A stretch of DNA of 64,000 nt from an uncultured Chloroflexia bacterium (GCA_963810095.1 CAWEMM010000002.1:1-64000), one strand, 5' to 3'. Counted from the stretch's first letter, positions 22,990 to 33,361 are shown. Made by a program: numbers and translations. The notes: generated by a model not told the origin, from the letters alone.

Positions 22990-25257
22990 TTATTTACTCG
23001 CGGCCGGCCGGGTCAGACCGGTCAGGTCGACCTTGGCGCCGCCAGCCTTCAGGTCTTCGAGCGAGTCGTACATGAACTGCGCTGCGTAGGCCAGGTTGTG
23101 GGCGTAGAGGCCGGGGTCCTTCTGCGAGTACTGGTAGTTGTACGCCGCCTTCAGCAGGCGGGGCGTGAACTTGGAGTAGGCCGGTTCGTCCTTGTCGACC
23201 TTGCCGTTGCCGTTGAGGTCTTCGTAGAAGTACGGGTAGGCATTGGCATCGTAGACGATGGCGGCCTTGGCGACGTTCTTCGCGTAGTCCTGGATGCCGG
23301 CGTACAGCTTCTCCTGGAGCGTCGTGATCTCGCCCTGCGCGCCTTCTTTGGTGTCCTTGTCACCGTCGAGGTCGGCCGCGGTCATGCGGATTTCCTCAGG
23401 TGACTTGACGCCGGCGTGGCAGGTCACGCACTTGTCGAACTGCAGGCCCAACTCGTGGGTGTTGTGGCAGCCGGTGCAGTTGTCGAACGGCGCCGGGTGC
23501 ATGTGGCGGCCCACGTAGTCCTTGCCGGTGTACTGGTATGCGCCCTGCGCATCGTTGCCGAACAGCGACGCGCCTGCCGCGAAGTAATGGACGTTCTGGA
23601 AGCGCAAGCCCTTCTCAGGCGTCTTGTCGGCTTCGGCGTTGCCCAGGCTCAGGTTGACCGACTGGGTCGACGCGCGGCCCTGGTGGCACTCGAGGCACAG
23701 GTTTGCCGGGACCGGGTCGGTGTAGGCGCCCTTGTCGTCCTTCGCGCTGAAGCTCACGGTCTTGCCGCTCGGGAACGGAACGCCCTTGACCGGGTACAGC
23801 GTGTACTTCTCCAGGTCGTTGTGGCAGGTCGAGCAGGCGAGGCCGTTCGCCGGCTCGGCTGCGGTCGTGCCCACGGTCTGCACCGAGCCGCTGGAAGTCA
23901 CCGCGACCGTGCCATTGTTGTGAATGAACTCGGGCAGGCCGGTGGCCGAGTGGCACTTGGCGCAGCCCGCCGGAACCTCACCCTCGGCGTCCCAATCGCG
24001 GAACGCCATCGAGGTGCCGTCGAAGTGACCGACGTCGTTGCGGACGGCCTTCGCCAGATCCACCGGCTTGGCGATCTTGGTGTTCAGGTCCGCAATCGAG
24101 TCGTGCATTAGCTGGATAATGTACTTCGCGTTGTGTGCGAAGGCGCCCGGGTCCTTGCCGGCCACCTGGTAGTTGTAGGCGGCCTTCAGGAGGCGGGGGG
24201 TCCAGGTCGAGTAAGACTTCTCGCCCTGGTCCAGCTTGCCGTTCGCATTGGCGTCGGCAAAGAAGTACGGGTAGGTGTTGGCATCGTAGCCGATGTCGAC
24301 CTTGGCGACTTCCTTGGCGTACGCCTTGATAGCCGTGAGCAGCATAGCTTGCACGCCGGCGTACTCCGCCTGGATGCCTTCCTTAACATCGCCGTTGCCG
24401 TTGTAGTCCACCAGCGAGCCGTTCATGCGGATCTTGGCCAGATCCTCGACGGTCTTGACGCCCTGGTGGCAGGTGCCGCACTGGTCGATGTTGAGTTGGG
24501 TCGCATGCTGATCGTGGCAGCCCATGCAGGTATTGAACGGCGCCGGATGCTGGAACTTGCCATCGTAGCTCTGGCCGTCGTACTCGTAGCCGCCCTTGAC
24601 GAGCGTGCCGTACTGGGTGGCCGCAGCCGCGAAGTAGTGGACGTTGCGGAAGCCGAAGGTGCTGGTCACGGTCTTGCCGTTGGTCGTGGTCACGACCGGC
24701 TTGACAACCGTATCGAGGTCCTTGACCGGGTCCAGCTTAAAGGTGCCCGTGATCTGGTTGTTGACGCTGACGGTCGACTCGCGGCCCTGGTGACACTCCA
24801 TGCAGCGTGCTTCGGCGCCGAGGCCGGTGAGTGTAATGCCGGAGGGGAAGGTGACGGTATCATGCTGCGCGGCTGCCTTGTTGTGGCAGGCGACGCAGTC
24901 GATCACCGTGTTGTTGGCGGCGGGCTTATCGACCTTGCCGGCCGCGCTGCCGTCCGCGCCCAGGAAATCCTCGAAGCCGCCCGAGCTATGGCACTTGGCG
25001 CAGCCCACCTCGACTTCGCCGGCCTGGTCCCAGTGGCGGAAGGCCTCTGCCTTCGCGTCGGCGTGGCCAGACTTCTGCCAGACTTCCAGGAACGGAACGG
25101 TGGGGCTGACGGTGTTGACTGCGGGTGCGGGCTTCGGCGTGGGTGTCGCCGTTTGGTTCGAGGGCGCTGCCCCAGGTTCGGCATAGGCTACAGCGAACAC
25201 GCCGAGCATGAGCGCGAACACGGCCAGGGCAACGGCCAGTTTCGTCCAGTGCTTCAT
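22990..25257 (-). CDS. Secreted decaheme cytochrome c made of two tandem 5-heme repeats, polyheme OmcB/OmcC-like
   Basis: 10 CxxCH; duplicated AFRxWD..CAKCHS, CxECHQGR, HYFAA and RLLKAAYNYQ..KDPG..AHN blocks; signal peptide cleaved at AYA|E; AAGGAGG RBS. Confidence 0.88.
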   Translation of the reverse strand: MKHWTKLAVALAVFALMLGVFAVAYAEPGAAPSNQTATPTPKPAPAVNTVSPTVPFLEVWQKSGHADAKAEAFRHWDQAGEVEVGCAKCHSSGGFEDFLGADGSAAGKVDKPAANNTVIDCVACHNKAAAQHDTVTFPSGITLTGLGAEARCMECHQGRESTVSVNNQITGTFKLDPVKDLDTVVKPVVTTTNGKTVTSTFGFRNVHYFAAAATQYGTLVKGGYEYDGQSYDGKFQHPAPFNTCMGCHDQHATQLNIDQCGTCHQGVKTVEDLAKIRMNGSLVDYNGNGDVKEGIQAEYAGVQAMLLTAIKAYAKEVAKVDIGYDANTYPYFFADANANGKLDQGEKSYSTWTPRLLKAAYNYQVAGKDPGAFAHNAKYIIQLMHDSIADLNTKIAKPVDLAKAVRNDVGHFDGTSMAFRDWDAEGEVPAGCAKCHSATGLPEFIHNNGTVAVTSSGSVQTVGTTAAEPANGLACSTCHNDLEKYTLYPVKGVPFPSGKTVSFSAKDDKGAYTDPVPANLCLECHQGRASTQSVNLSLGNAEADKTPEKGLRFQNVHYFAAGASLFGNDAQGAYQYTGKDYVGRHMHPAPFDNCTGCHNTHELGLQFDKCVTCHAGVKSPEEIRMTAADLDGDKDTKEGAQGEITTLQEKLYAGIQDYAKNVAKAAIVYDANAYPYFYEDLNGNGKVDKDEPAYSKFTPRLLKAAYNYQYSQKDPGLYAHNLAYAAQFMYDSLEDLKAGGAKVDLTGLTRPAASK

Positions 25258-25686
25258 GGTTCCTCCTTGGATGAAGCGGTGAATCGGTCACAAATTGGAT
25301 TCGACGGTCTGGAAAAGCACCGGGTGATCGCTGAGCGGACACCTCCTTCTTATCCGAGGGTCGCCAACTGCGCAGCAACAACGCGCCTGGGACGGGCGAC
25401 GATGCGCAGGGACCTCTACACGTGGAAGACTGGCAATTCTTGGTTGGCAAGTGTGCCTGGGTAGCACTATGGAGTGCCGGGCACGGTCATGGAACGTGGC
25501 AAATGCTACACCATCTCACGTGGAATTACAAACCGCGGAAGTCTCCCAGCGTCGCCGTACGAGCGTCCCGCGAACGCCAGGTATGAGCAAAATCATTCCC
25601 GCGCAACCCCGATTCCGGTAGAATGGATTGGTTGCGGTCGTGACAGCGTGTGCGCGGCCGAACTCTTAAGGATGGTAAGGGGCGGG

Positions 25687-27723
25687 ATGCGAATCGCTCT
25701 GGGCATCGACACCGGCGGCACCTATACGGATGCGGTATTTGTTACCTATCCTGACGGCCAGGTGGTTGCAGCGGCGAAAGCCCTTACAACCCGGCACGAC
25801 CTCGCCCAAGGCATTGCGGAGGCGATAGGCGCCGTCTTTGCGTCGGCAGCAAGCGAAGGCCCGGGAGTCACACCGGACGACATCGCGCTCGTCGCACTTT
25901 CGACCACCCTCGCGACGAATACGCTCGCCGAAGGCCAGCGCGGCCGGGTGGCCCTGCTCCTGCTCGGCTACGATGTAGAACTCATGCGCGAGTTTGGGTT
26001 CGAGCGCGAGCTCGCCACGAGCGACGTCGTCTATATCGCCGGCGGACATGATGGACTGGGGAACGAGGTTGCGGCGCTGGACGAAGCCGCGGCCCGCCAA
26101 GCCATCCTGGCGCGGCGGGACAAGGTCGAGGCATTCGCCGTTTCCGGCTATTTCAGCGTGCGCAACCCCTCGCACGAGCTGCGCGTCAAGCGGCTGGCAG
26201 AGGAACTTAGTGGCCTGCCGGTGACCTGCGGCCACGAACTGACCAGCCAACTCAACGCTGTGCGGCGGGCAACGACGGTCGCGCTCAACGCCCACCTGAT
26301 CGCTCCGCTGCGCGAACTGCTCGAGGCCGTGCAAGACACCCTGCGGCGTGAGCGCATCCACGCGCCGCTGATGGTGGTCAAGGGCGACGGCTCGCTGGTG
26401 GCGGCCGAGTTCGCCATGCACCGGCCCATCGAGACGATCCTGTCGGGCCCGGCAGCCAGCGTCATCGGTGCGTGGCATCTCGCCGGACGCCAGGACGTGT
26501 GGACGGTCGACGTGGGCGGCACGACGACGGACATTGCCGCCCTGCGCGGCGGCTGGCCGGTCCTTAATGTCGACGGCGCGCGTGTCGGCGGCTGGCGCAC
26601 GATGATCGAGGCCGTGGACGTGCTGACGACCGGGCTGGGGGGCGACAGCCACGTGCGGGTCGGGCGCGGCCTCGGCGGTCACGAGCTGCAAATCGGTCCC
26701 CGCCGGGCGACGCCGCTCTGCATGCTGGCGGCCGAGCATCCCGTGGTTGTGGACGTGCTGGGAGAGGTCGCGGCGTCGCCACCCGCACGTTGGGACGACG
26801 GCCTGGTCGAGTTTCTTGCGCCGGGGCGCCGGGGACGGGGCGGCGTAGATGCGGCTGCGCAGCGCCTCCTGGATCAGGTGTCGGCTGCGCCCGTGCAGGC
26901 GGCCAGCCTGGTCGAGCGCACCCGGGCGGGAGCCTTGGCGCGGCGCCAGGTGGAGGAGCTCGAGGAACGCGGGCTGCTGCGCCGTGCCGCATTCACACCC
27001 ACCGATGCCCTACACGTCCTCGGCACGTTTCAACGCTGGAACGTGGACGCGTCCCGTCTGGCCGCGACGGCCCTGGCTCGCCGTGCCGGCACGAGCGTCG
27101 ACGACCTATGTGCGGCGATTGTCATGCGGTTCTCGGAGCAGGTGGCCACTGAAGTCGTGAGCAAGGTGCTTGAAGACGAGGTCGGCCGGCCCGACTGGGG
27201 ACGGGAGCCGGTGGCCCGAGAGCTCCTGCGGCGCGCCCTGCGCGGTCCATTCGGGGACCTCGCCTGCGCGCTGACCCTGCAGCGCCCGTTGGTCGCAATC
27301 GGCGCGCCCGTAGCGGCCTATCTGCCCCAGGCCGCCGGCAACCTGCACACCGAGCTGATCATTCCCGAGCACGCCGACGTTGCCAATGCCGTGGGCGCGG
27401 TCTCGGGCAGCATCGTGCAGCGGGCGCGGGTGGTGGTGAACGTGCTGGGAGGCGACGGCAGCGTGCGAGTGCACGGCCTGCCCGACGGTCTAGCCGATTT
27501 TGTCGATCTCGAACTGGCCGTGCGGCACGCGGAACAGGTCATGCGGTCGCACCTCAGCCGGCTGGCGAGCAGCGCGGGGGCCGAGCACGTCGAACTCGCC
27601 ATGGTGCGCGAAGACCTGCGGGCCCCTGTAAACGGGACAGTCGACCAGGAAGTCTACCTCGGCAGTACACTGACGTTCACAGCCGCGGGCCGGCCCTCGC
27701 CCGCCCGCGTCGGCGAGGAGTGA
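25687..27723 (+). CDS. Hydantoinase/oxoprolinase family protein
   Basis: LGIDTGGTYTDA, STTLATN, ETILSGPAAS, DVGGTTTDIA, GLGGDS, TPTDA, VANAVGA. Confidence 0.88.
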   Translation: MRIALGIDTGGTYTDAVFVTYPDGQVVAAAKALTTRHDLAQGIAEAIGAVFASAASEGPGVTPDDIALVALSTTLATNTLAEGQRGRVALLLLGYDVELMREFGFERELATSDVVYIAGGHDGLGNEVAALDEAAARQAILARRDKVEAFAVSGYFSVRNPSHELRVKRLAEELSGLPVTCGHELTSQLNAVRRATTVALNAHLIAPLRELLEAVQDTLRRERIHAPLMVVKGDGSLVAAEFAMHRPIETILSGPAASVIGAWHLAGRQDVWTVDVGGTTTDIAALRGGWPVLNVDGARVGGWRTMIEAVDVLTTGLGGDSHVRVGRGLGGHELQIGPRRATPLCMLAAEHPVVVDVLGEVAASPPARWDDGLVEFLAPGRRGRGGVDAAAQRLLDQVSAAPVQAASLVERTRAGALARRQVEELEERGLLRRAAFTPTDALHVLGTFQRWNVDASRLAATALARRAGTSVDDLCAAIVMRFSEQVATEVVSKVLEDEVGRPDWGREPVARELLRRALRGPFGDLACALTLQRPLVAIGAPVAAYLPQAAGNLHTELIIPEHADVANAVGAVSGSIVQRARVVVNVLGGDGSVRVHGLPDGLADFVDLELAVRHAEQVMRSHLSRLASSAGAEHVELAMVREDLRAPVNGTVDQEVYLGSTLTFTAAGRPSPARVGEE

Positions 27724-27729
27724 GAGGAC

Positions 27730-28017
27730 ATGCAGATACGCGTCTACGCAACCCTCCGTGAGTTGATGGGCTCGTCGAGGCTGGAGGTGCCGGTCGGCGC
27801 CGGAACGACGGCCGGCGACGTGCTCGCGACGCTTACGCACGCGCACCCTGCGTTGGGACCCAAGCTGTGGGACGGGAATCAAAAGCTGACGGGGTTCGTG
27901 ACGATACTGTTGAACGGCCGCTCGATCGAGTATCTGCAAGGGCTTCAAACGCCTGTCACCGAGGCCGATGTGATCTCGTTGTTCCCGCCGGTGGGCGGCG
28001 GCAGCAGGGGTTGCTAA
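27730..28017 (+). CDS. Ubiquitin-like MoaD/ThiS/SAMP family protein with a short extension after the GG motif
   Basis: VYATLRE..ILLNGR..ISLFPPVGGG-SRGC*; GAGGA RBS. Confidence 0.85.
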   Translation: MQIRVYATLRELMGSSRLEVPVGAGTTAGDVLATLTHAHPALGPKLWDGNQKLTGFVTILLNGRSIEYLQGLQTPVTEADVISLFPPVGGGSRGC

Positions 28018-28030
28018 CCGCAGGGGGCAT

Positions 28031-28096
28031 GTGCGCGGCGGGTCGACGGCGGTGCAACCCGGCGCGTGCGCAGCGGGTCGACGGCGGTGCAACCCG
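28031..28096. repeat. 31-bp tandem direct repeat (period 35)
   Basis: gtgcgc[g/a]gcgggtcgacggcggtgcaacccg occurs twice. Confidence 0.75.
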
Positions 28097-28495
28097 TTGC
28101 CGGTTGATTGCGTATCTGATACAGGTTCGCTGTACTGGCGCGGCGTAGTGTTAGGGTCCGGAAGCATCTGAAGTACAGACTGAGGCGTTACTTTTGCTGA
28201 AGGTGTTACGAGCGGGCGTTCGTTTTCCTCGCGGCACTTCTCCTTCTCCAGGGCCTCCAGGGGGTCATCTTCACGGTCAGCCATAAGGGTTTGCGCCACG
28301 ACGCGGCAGGGCGGCGGATGTCGCGCCGCGCCATGCGTTGTCAGCTTCGCGGCGCGTCTGCAACACCGGCTTACGTCATTTTGTGCCAGCTTTGATACGG
28401 GAACTCGTGCAGCATCTGCATAAAATATATCATATGTAACTTTCATTACCACTTACCAACGAATAGTTAGTACTGTGGTGAGAGAAAATAATAAT

Positions 28496-28524
28496 TTGAC
28501 ACGACTCCCATTTCGTTGTATGCT
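28496..28524 (+). promoter_or_regulatory. Sigma70-type promoter of peptide ABC operon 1
   Basis: TTGACA-17 nt-TATGCT preceded by an AT-rich tract. Confidence 0.65.
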
Positions 28525-28730
28525 CGCTCTTCGGCGCAGTAAAGGTCCGTACTTCGCCCTCATTTCGCGGTGGCGTCTCCGGGTGTTGTGTATCGTAAGC
28601 CTCGGCCGGCGAGACTCGGCATGTGATGAGACGCGATTCATCTTGTGGACAGCCCGGCGGAGAGATGTCCGGCCAGCCGGTTTTCTGTCTTTTGTCGTTC
28701 CACATTTCTAGGTTCTCTCAGGAGGAGACA

Positions 28731-30704
28731 ATGTCCGTCAAGAAGCTGTCGGCTCTGCTCGCGGTCCTCGTGATCGCCAGCATGATGCTGACCGCCTGCC
28801 CGGCTCCGCAAGCTCAGACAGTCGAGAAGGTCGTTACCTCTGTTGTGACCGAGCAGGTCAAGGTTGTCGAGACCCAGGTCGTCGAAAAGCCGGTCGAGGT
28901 CGAGAAGGTTGTGACCAAGGAAGTGGAGAAGGTTGTCGAGAAGGCGACTGAGGATTACACCACTCCGCACCCGATCCTGAGCGACGTCCGCGTCCGCCAG
29001 GCCATCGCCTACTGCACCAACCGTCCTGATCTGATCGCTTCCGTCTATCCCTTCATCACCGATGAAGAGAAGTCCAAGCTGCTGATGGATACCTTCCTGC
29101 CCAAGACCCACTGGGCGTACAAGGGCGGGTATCAGGATTACCCGTTTGACAAGGCCAAGGGCGGCGCACTGCTCGACGAGGCCGGCTGGAAGCTCAAGGA
29201 AGGCGACACCTTCCGCACGAACGACAAGGGTGAGACGCTGGCCCTGAAGTTCACCACCACGAACGCACAGTTCCGCCAGACATGGAGCGCGGTCATGGTG
29301 CAGAACATGCAGGACTGCGGCATTCAGATGATCGCTCAGTACGTGCCGGCGTCCTGGTGGTTCGGCGACACGACGGGCCTGGCCCGCCGCGACTACGAGT
29401 TGGGCGCGTACGCCTGGGTCGGCGAGTCCGATCCGAAGGGCCGCACCCTCTATGCGTGTGACCAGATCCCGCTTCCGAGCAATAACTGGGAAGGCCAGAA
29501 CAGCATGGGTTGGTGCAACGAGACCGCCTCGAAGGCGATCATCCTGGCCAACAACACCCTTGACCGCGATGCGCGCATCACGGCATACGACACCGTCCAG
29601 AAGGAATTCGCCAAGGACATGGTGTCGCTGCCCGTGTTCCAGCGCCTCGAGGGCGAAGCCTGGAATCCCAACCTGGAGGGCATCAAGACCTCCCCGACCG
29701 AATACGCGATCGTGAGCGCGGGCGGTTGGAAGCTGGCCGACGGCGGCGACACTGCAGTCATCGGCTTCTCGCAGGAACCTGCCTCCATGTTCGACCTGGT
29801 CGAATCTGCGGCCGCGACCCGCCAGGCATACTACCTGGGCGTGTCCAACGTCAACACCCAGTTCGACTATGACTACCAGCCTGGCATCCAGGACCCGCTC
29901 AGCACGATCGAGAACGGCCTCTCCAAGAATGTGGACGTCGAGGTCAAGGCCGGCGACAAGGTCTACGATTCGAAGGGCGAGGCAGTAGAGCTGGCCAAGG
30001 GCATCAAGGTCTTCGATGCGACCGGCAACGAGGTCGAGTTCGACGGCACGACCCCGATCAAGATGAAGCAATTGACGTCCGAGTACAAGTTCAAGCCGTT
30101 CACCTGGAGCGACGGGACCAAGGGCTCGGTGGCCGACCTGCTGTTGGGCCACAAGATCGACTGCGACAAGGATTCCGGCAGCACCTCCTTCGAGGTCTGC
30201 AACCAGATCGCCGAGGTCACGCCCGGAACCGGAACTGACCTGAGCTACACGATCAAATGGCTGCCCGGCTCGCAGTACTCGCTGTACTTCCTGTCGCAGT
30301 TCCATATCTATCCCAGCTTCCAGAAACTGGCCGACGGCCGCATGCTGGCCGACGTGCCGGCGAAGGAATGGGCCACGCTGCCCGAGATCGCCGAGAGCCC
30401 GCTGAGCATGGCGCCGTTCGTTCTGACCGACTGGAAGAAGGGCGAGAGCATGACCTTCACCCGGAATGAGTACTACGAGCCCAAGCCGGCGCTGAAGACC
30501 ATCGTCATCCAGTTCTTCCCCGACAGCCAGACCGCCGTTGCGGCGCTGCTGGGCGGCGACGTGGATTACCTCGAAAAGTCGACCCTCGGGGCCGGCGCAG
30601 AACTGCAGACCGTGCTCGACGCCCAGAAGGAAGGCAAGCTCAAGGTTGACTTGATCGCCAGCCCCACCTGGGAGCACGTCGACATGAACCTGTTCACGAA
30701 GTAA
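28731..30704 (+). CDS. Peptide/nickel (family 5) ABC substrate-binding lipoprotein, circularly permuted, copy 1
   Basis: Lipobox LTAC, VEKVVT stalk, SBP_bac_5 motifs in swapped order; AGGAGG RBS. Confidence 0.9.
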   Translation: MSVKKLSALLAVLVIASMMLTACPAPQAQTVEKVVTSVVTEQVKVVETQVVEKPVEVEKVVTKEVEKVVEKATEDYTTPHPILSDVRVRQAIAYCTNRPDLIASVYPFITDEEKSKLLMDTFLPKTHWAYKGGYQDYPFDKAKGGALLDEAGWKLKEGDTFRTNDKGETLALKFTTTNAQFRQTWSAVMVQNMQDCGIQMIAQYVPASWWFGDTTGLARRDYELGAYAWVGESDPKGRTLYACDQIPLPSNNWEGQNSMGWCNETASKAIILANNTLDRDARITAYDTVQKEFAKDMVSLPVFQRLEGEAWNPNLEGIKTSPTEYAIVSAGGWKLADGGDTAVIGFSQEPASMFDLVESAAATRQAYYLGVSNVNTQFDYDYQPGIQDPLSTIENGLSKNVDVEVKAGDKVYDSKGEAVELAKGIKVFDATGNEVEFDGTTPIKMKQLTSEYKFKPFTWSDGTKGSVADLLLGHKIDCDKDSGSTSFEVCNQIAEVTPGTGTDLSYTIKWLPGSQYSLYFLSQFHIYPSFQKLADGRMLADVPAKEWATLPEIAESPLSMAPFVLTDWKKGESMTFTRNEYYEPKPALKTIVIQFFPDSQTAVAALLGGDVDYLEKSTLGAGAELQTVLDAQKEGKLKVDLIASPTWEHVDMNLFTK

Positions 30705-30883
30705 CATTCGAAGAGACCCGGTTGCTGCGTCCTCACTGTCCTGCACAGTGGCAGGGTGCTGAGGCGCAGCCCCGGGTGTGGATCGACAGTAAGCGGGCGG
30801 GCTGCACGACTTGGTCGTCGCCCGCCCGTCGTGCACTTATCCGGGGGTGGCGGCGCGCCGGCCCACCCGACCGGCCTCACCCA

Positions 30884-30950
30884 TGAGGAGCGCCTCGACC
30901 GTGAGGACTTCCTCATCGATGAGGACTGCCTCAAGAATGAGGATTGCATG
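30884..30950 (+). repeat. 18-bp tandem repeats (TGAGGA..CCTC); the last unit is the permease RBS and ATG
   Basis: tgaggagcgcctcgaccg / tgaggacttcctcatcga / tgaggactgcctcaagaa / tgaggattgcatg. Confidence 0.7.
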
Positions 30951-32156
30951 ACTAACTACCTCATCCGCCGCGTATTTCAGATGGCGCTGGTCGTCTTCTT
31001 GGCGGCAGTTTTCGTTTACTTTCTGTTCAATATCTCGCCAGGTGGGCCGCTGGCAGGGATCCAGCAGCAGCAGCGGCGCATTACGCGCCAGGACCTGGCG
31101 CGGCTGCGCGCGCAGTACGAGCTGGACCTGTACTGGCCGGTGCGCTTCAGCCGCTGGCTGATCGGTGTGCCCAACGGCCCAATCACCGTCGGCGGCCGCG
31201 AGCTGTTCAAGGACACCCCCGTCGGCTGCTACCTGCCGCGCTACGAGGGCAACAGCGGCGGCTTGCAGCCGAAGGTGGTCGGGTGTGACGACTACGTCTA
31301 TTTGAGCGAGCTGCCCCAGTTGCACCCCGCGCTGCTTTCCAGCGATGGCATCCTGCGTGGGGATTTCGGCTTGTCGACGGTTATCGCGCGCTCGCGCCCG
31401 GTCAGCGGCCTGATTGCCAGCCGCATCGGGCCGACTCTGCTCCTGATGACCATTGCGCTGCTCCTATCGCTGCTGCTGGGCGTGCCGATTGGCATTTACA
31501 GCGCGGTCAAGCAGTACTCGAAGTTCGACTATTTCTTCACGGCGTTTGCCTTCGTGGGTTCGGCCATGCCGACGTTCTTCTTTGCGCTGCTGCTGATCCT
31601 GGTGTTCTCGGTGTTCCCGGTGTTCCTGGTCGACACGATGCCCTGGATCCCGCGGCTGCCGCCCGGGCTGCAACAGGCTGTAAGGCCATACGAGGTCGCC
31701 TCGTGGCTGCCCAAGATCCAGCCCGGCACGCCGCTTGACCGGTTCTTGCACCTGCTAATGCCGGTGGCGGTGCTGACGTTCTTCACCATGGCGCCGTGGA
31801 GCCGCTTCGTGCGCTCGTCGATGCTGGAAGTGATGCGGCAGGACTACGTGCGGACGGCGCGGGCGAAAGGGCTCTACGAGCGGGTCGTGATCATGAAGCA
31901 CGCGCTGCGCAATGCGCTCATCCCGTTCGTAACGATCGTGGTGCTGGCGCTGCCGGGCTTGTTTGCCGGTGCCATCATTACGGAGACCGTGTTTGCCTGG
32001 CCGGGCATGGGGCGGCTGTACTACGATGCTTTGCAGCGCAGTGACTGGAACGTCGCCCTGGCATTGATCTTCATCACGGCCCTGCTGACGGTCGTGGCGA
32101 CGCTGATCGGCGACATCCTGTACACGGTTGTCGACCCTCGCATTAAGTTCTCCTAG
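30948..32156 (+). CDS. Peptide ABC transporter permease (OppB/DppB family), operon 1
   Basis: MTNYLIRR, GDFGLS, RSSMLEVMRQDYVRTARAKG EAA loop, DPRI terminus. Confidence 0.92.
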   Translation: MTNYLIRRVFQMALVVFLAAVFVYFLFNISPGGPLAGIQQQQRRITRQDLARLRAQYELDLYWPVRFSRWLIGVPNGPITVGGRELFKDTPVGCYLPRYEGNSGGLQPKVVGCDDYVYLSELPQLHPALLSSDGILRGDFGLSTVIARSRPVSGLIASRIGPTLLLMTIALLLSLLLGVPIGIYSAVKQYSKFDYFFTAFAFVGSAMPTFFFALLLILVFSVFPVFLVDTMPWIPRLPPGLQQAVRPYEVASWLPKIQPGTPLDRFLHLLMPVAVLTFFTMAPWSRFVRSSMLEVMRQDYVRTARAKGLYERVVIMKHALRNALIPFVTIVVLALPGLFAGAIITETVFAWPGMGRLYYDALQRSDWNVALALIFITALLTVVATLIGDILYTVVDPRIKFS

Positions 32157-32223
32157 GAGAACGGATCTCGCAGGCGTGAACGAGCGTAGGCGAGAACCTA
32201 TCGGCTGACGCCGGAGTTTGAGT

Positions 32224-33234
32224 ATGACAACAACAACCAGGACGGCTCGCACCATCGGGCCGACCAGTCGAGCCGAAGACGCGACCCAGGAGAGCCAAGT
32301 CAAGGTCGTCTTCCGGCGCTTTCGCCGCCACCGCCTTGCCGTGATCTCGGCGATCTTGCTGCTCGTGATCTTTGTCGCGTCGCTGCTGGCACCGCTGATC
32401 ACGACGTTCCCGCGAGATGCGGTCGACGTGTCGACGTCCGCTCGCCCCGCGCCGCCCGGCACGGTCGCCAGGGACGGACGGGTGCACCTGTTGGGGGTCG
32501 ACCATCTCGGCCGCGATCTGTATACGCGCGTGCTCTACGCGGCGCGCGTCTCGCTGACGATCGCCGTGCTCGTCGTGCTGTTGAGCGAGTCGTTCGGAAC
32601 CATGTTGGGCGCGATCGCCGGGTATTACGGCGGGCGGACGGATGTCCTCCTGTCGCGCATCAACGAGTTCATGTTGACAATCCCGCAGCTGCCGATCCTG
32701 CTGATCATCTCGGCGATCCTGCTGAAACGCGACGTAGTGCTGCCACTGCCGGGGTTCTTCAACAAGTTCCTGAGCGCGCTGATGTTGGCGCCCGAGCGCG
32801 AAGCGCAGAAGGTGGTCGTGCTGGTGCTGATCCTGGTGATCTTCGGCTGGCTGGGCTCGTTCCGCCTGATGCGCGGCATGGCGCTGACGCTGTCGAAGCA
32901 GGACTTCGTCGAGGCGCTGCGGGCGGCCGGGGCCAGCGATGCCCGGATCATCTTCCGGCACATCATCCCCAACGGGCTGGCGCCGATCCTCGTGAATGCG
33001 AGCCTGAGCCTGGGTGCGGTGATCGTGCTGGAATCGGCGCTGAGCTTTTTGGGGCTGGGGGTGCAAGACCCGACGCCGACATGGGGCAACATGCTGGACT
33101 TTGCGCGGTCGTACATGTTCAAGCACCCGTGGCTGCCGTTGGTGCCGGGGATTCCGCTGGTGATCGTGGCGATGGGGTTCAACTTCATCGGCGACGGGCT
33201 GCGCGATGCGCTGGACCCGCGGCTGAAGCGCTAG
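32224..33234 (+). CDS. Peptide ABC transporter permease (OppC/DppC family), operon 1
   Basis: LLGVDHLGRD, FVEALRAAGA, ESALSFLGLG, GDGLRDALDPR. Confidence 0.92.
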   Translation: MTTTTRTARTIGPTSRAEDATQESQVKVVFRRFRRHRLAVISAILLLVIFVASLLAPLITTFPRDAVDVSTSARPAPPGTVARDGRVHLLGVDHLGRDLYTRVLYAARVSLTIAVLVVLLSESFGTMLGAIAGYYGGRTDVLLSRINEFMLTIPQLPILLIISAILLKRDVVLPLPGFFNKFLSALMLAPEREAQKVVVLVLILVIFGWLGSFRLMRGMALTLSKQDFVEALRAAGASDARIIFRHIIPNGLAPILVNASLSLGAVIVLESALSFLGLGVQDPTPTWGNMLDFARSYMFKHPWLPLVPGIPLVIVAMGFNFIGDGLRDALDPRLKR

Positions 33235-33245
33235 CGGCCGGAGCG

Positions 33246-33309
33246 AACCACAAAGACACCAAGCCACGCAGCGGGCACAAAGGCTCGTTGGCCTTGGTGT
33301 CTTTGTGGT
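33246..33309. repeat. 9-nt-periodic palindromic element
   Basis: aaccacaaagacaccaag...cttggtgtctttgtggt. Confidence 0.85.
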
Positions 33310-33361
33310 CAATTGTGGACCGGGAGCTCTCCTTGAAAGCGCAATAAGGTAGACAAGACGT

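Noticed and set aside
28100-28500. AT-richer intergenic tract as a foreign insertion or ncRNA
   Set aside because: Adequately explained as the upstream region of the promoter at 28496-28524; no terminal repeats or RNA motif seen
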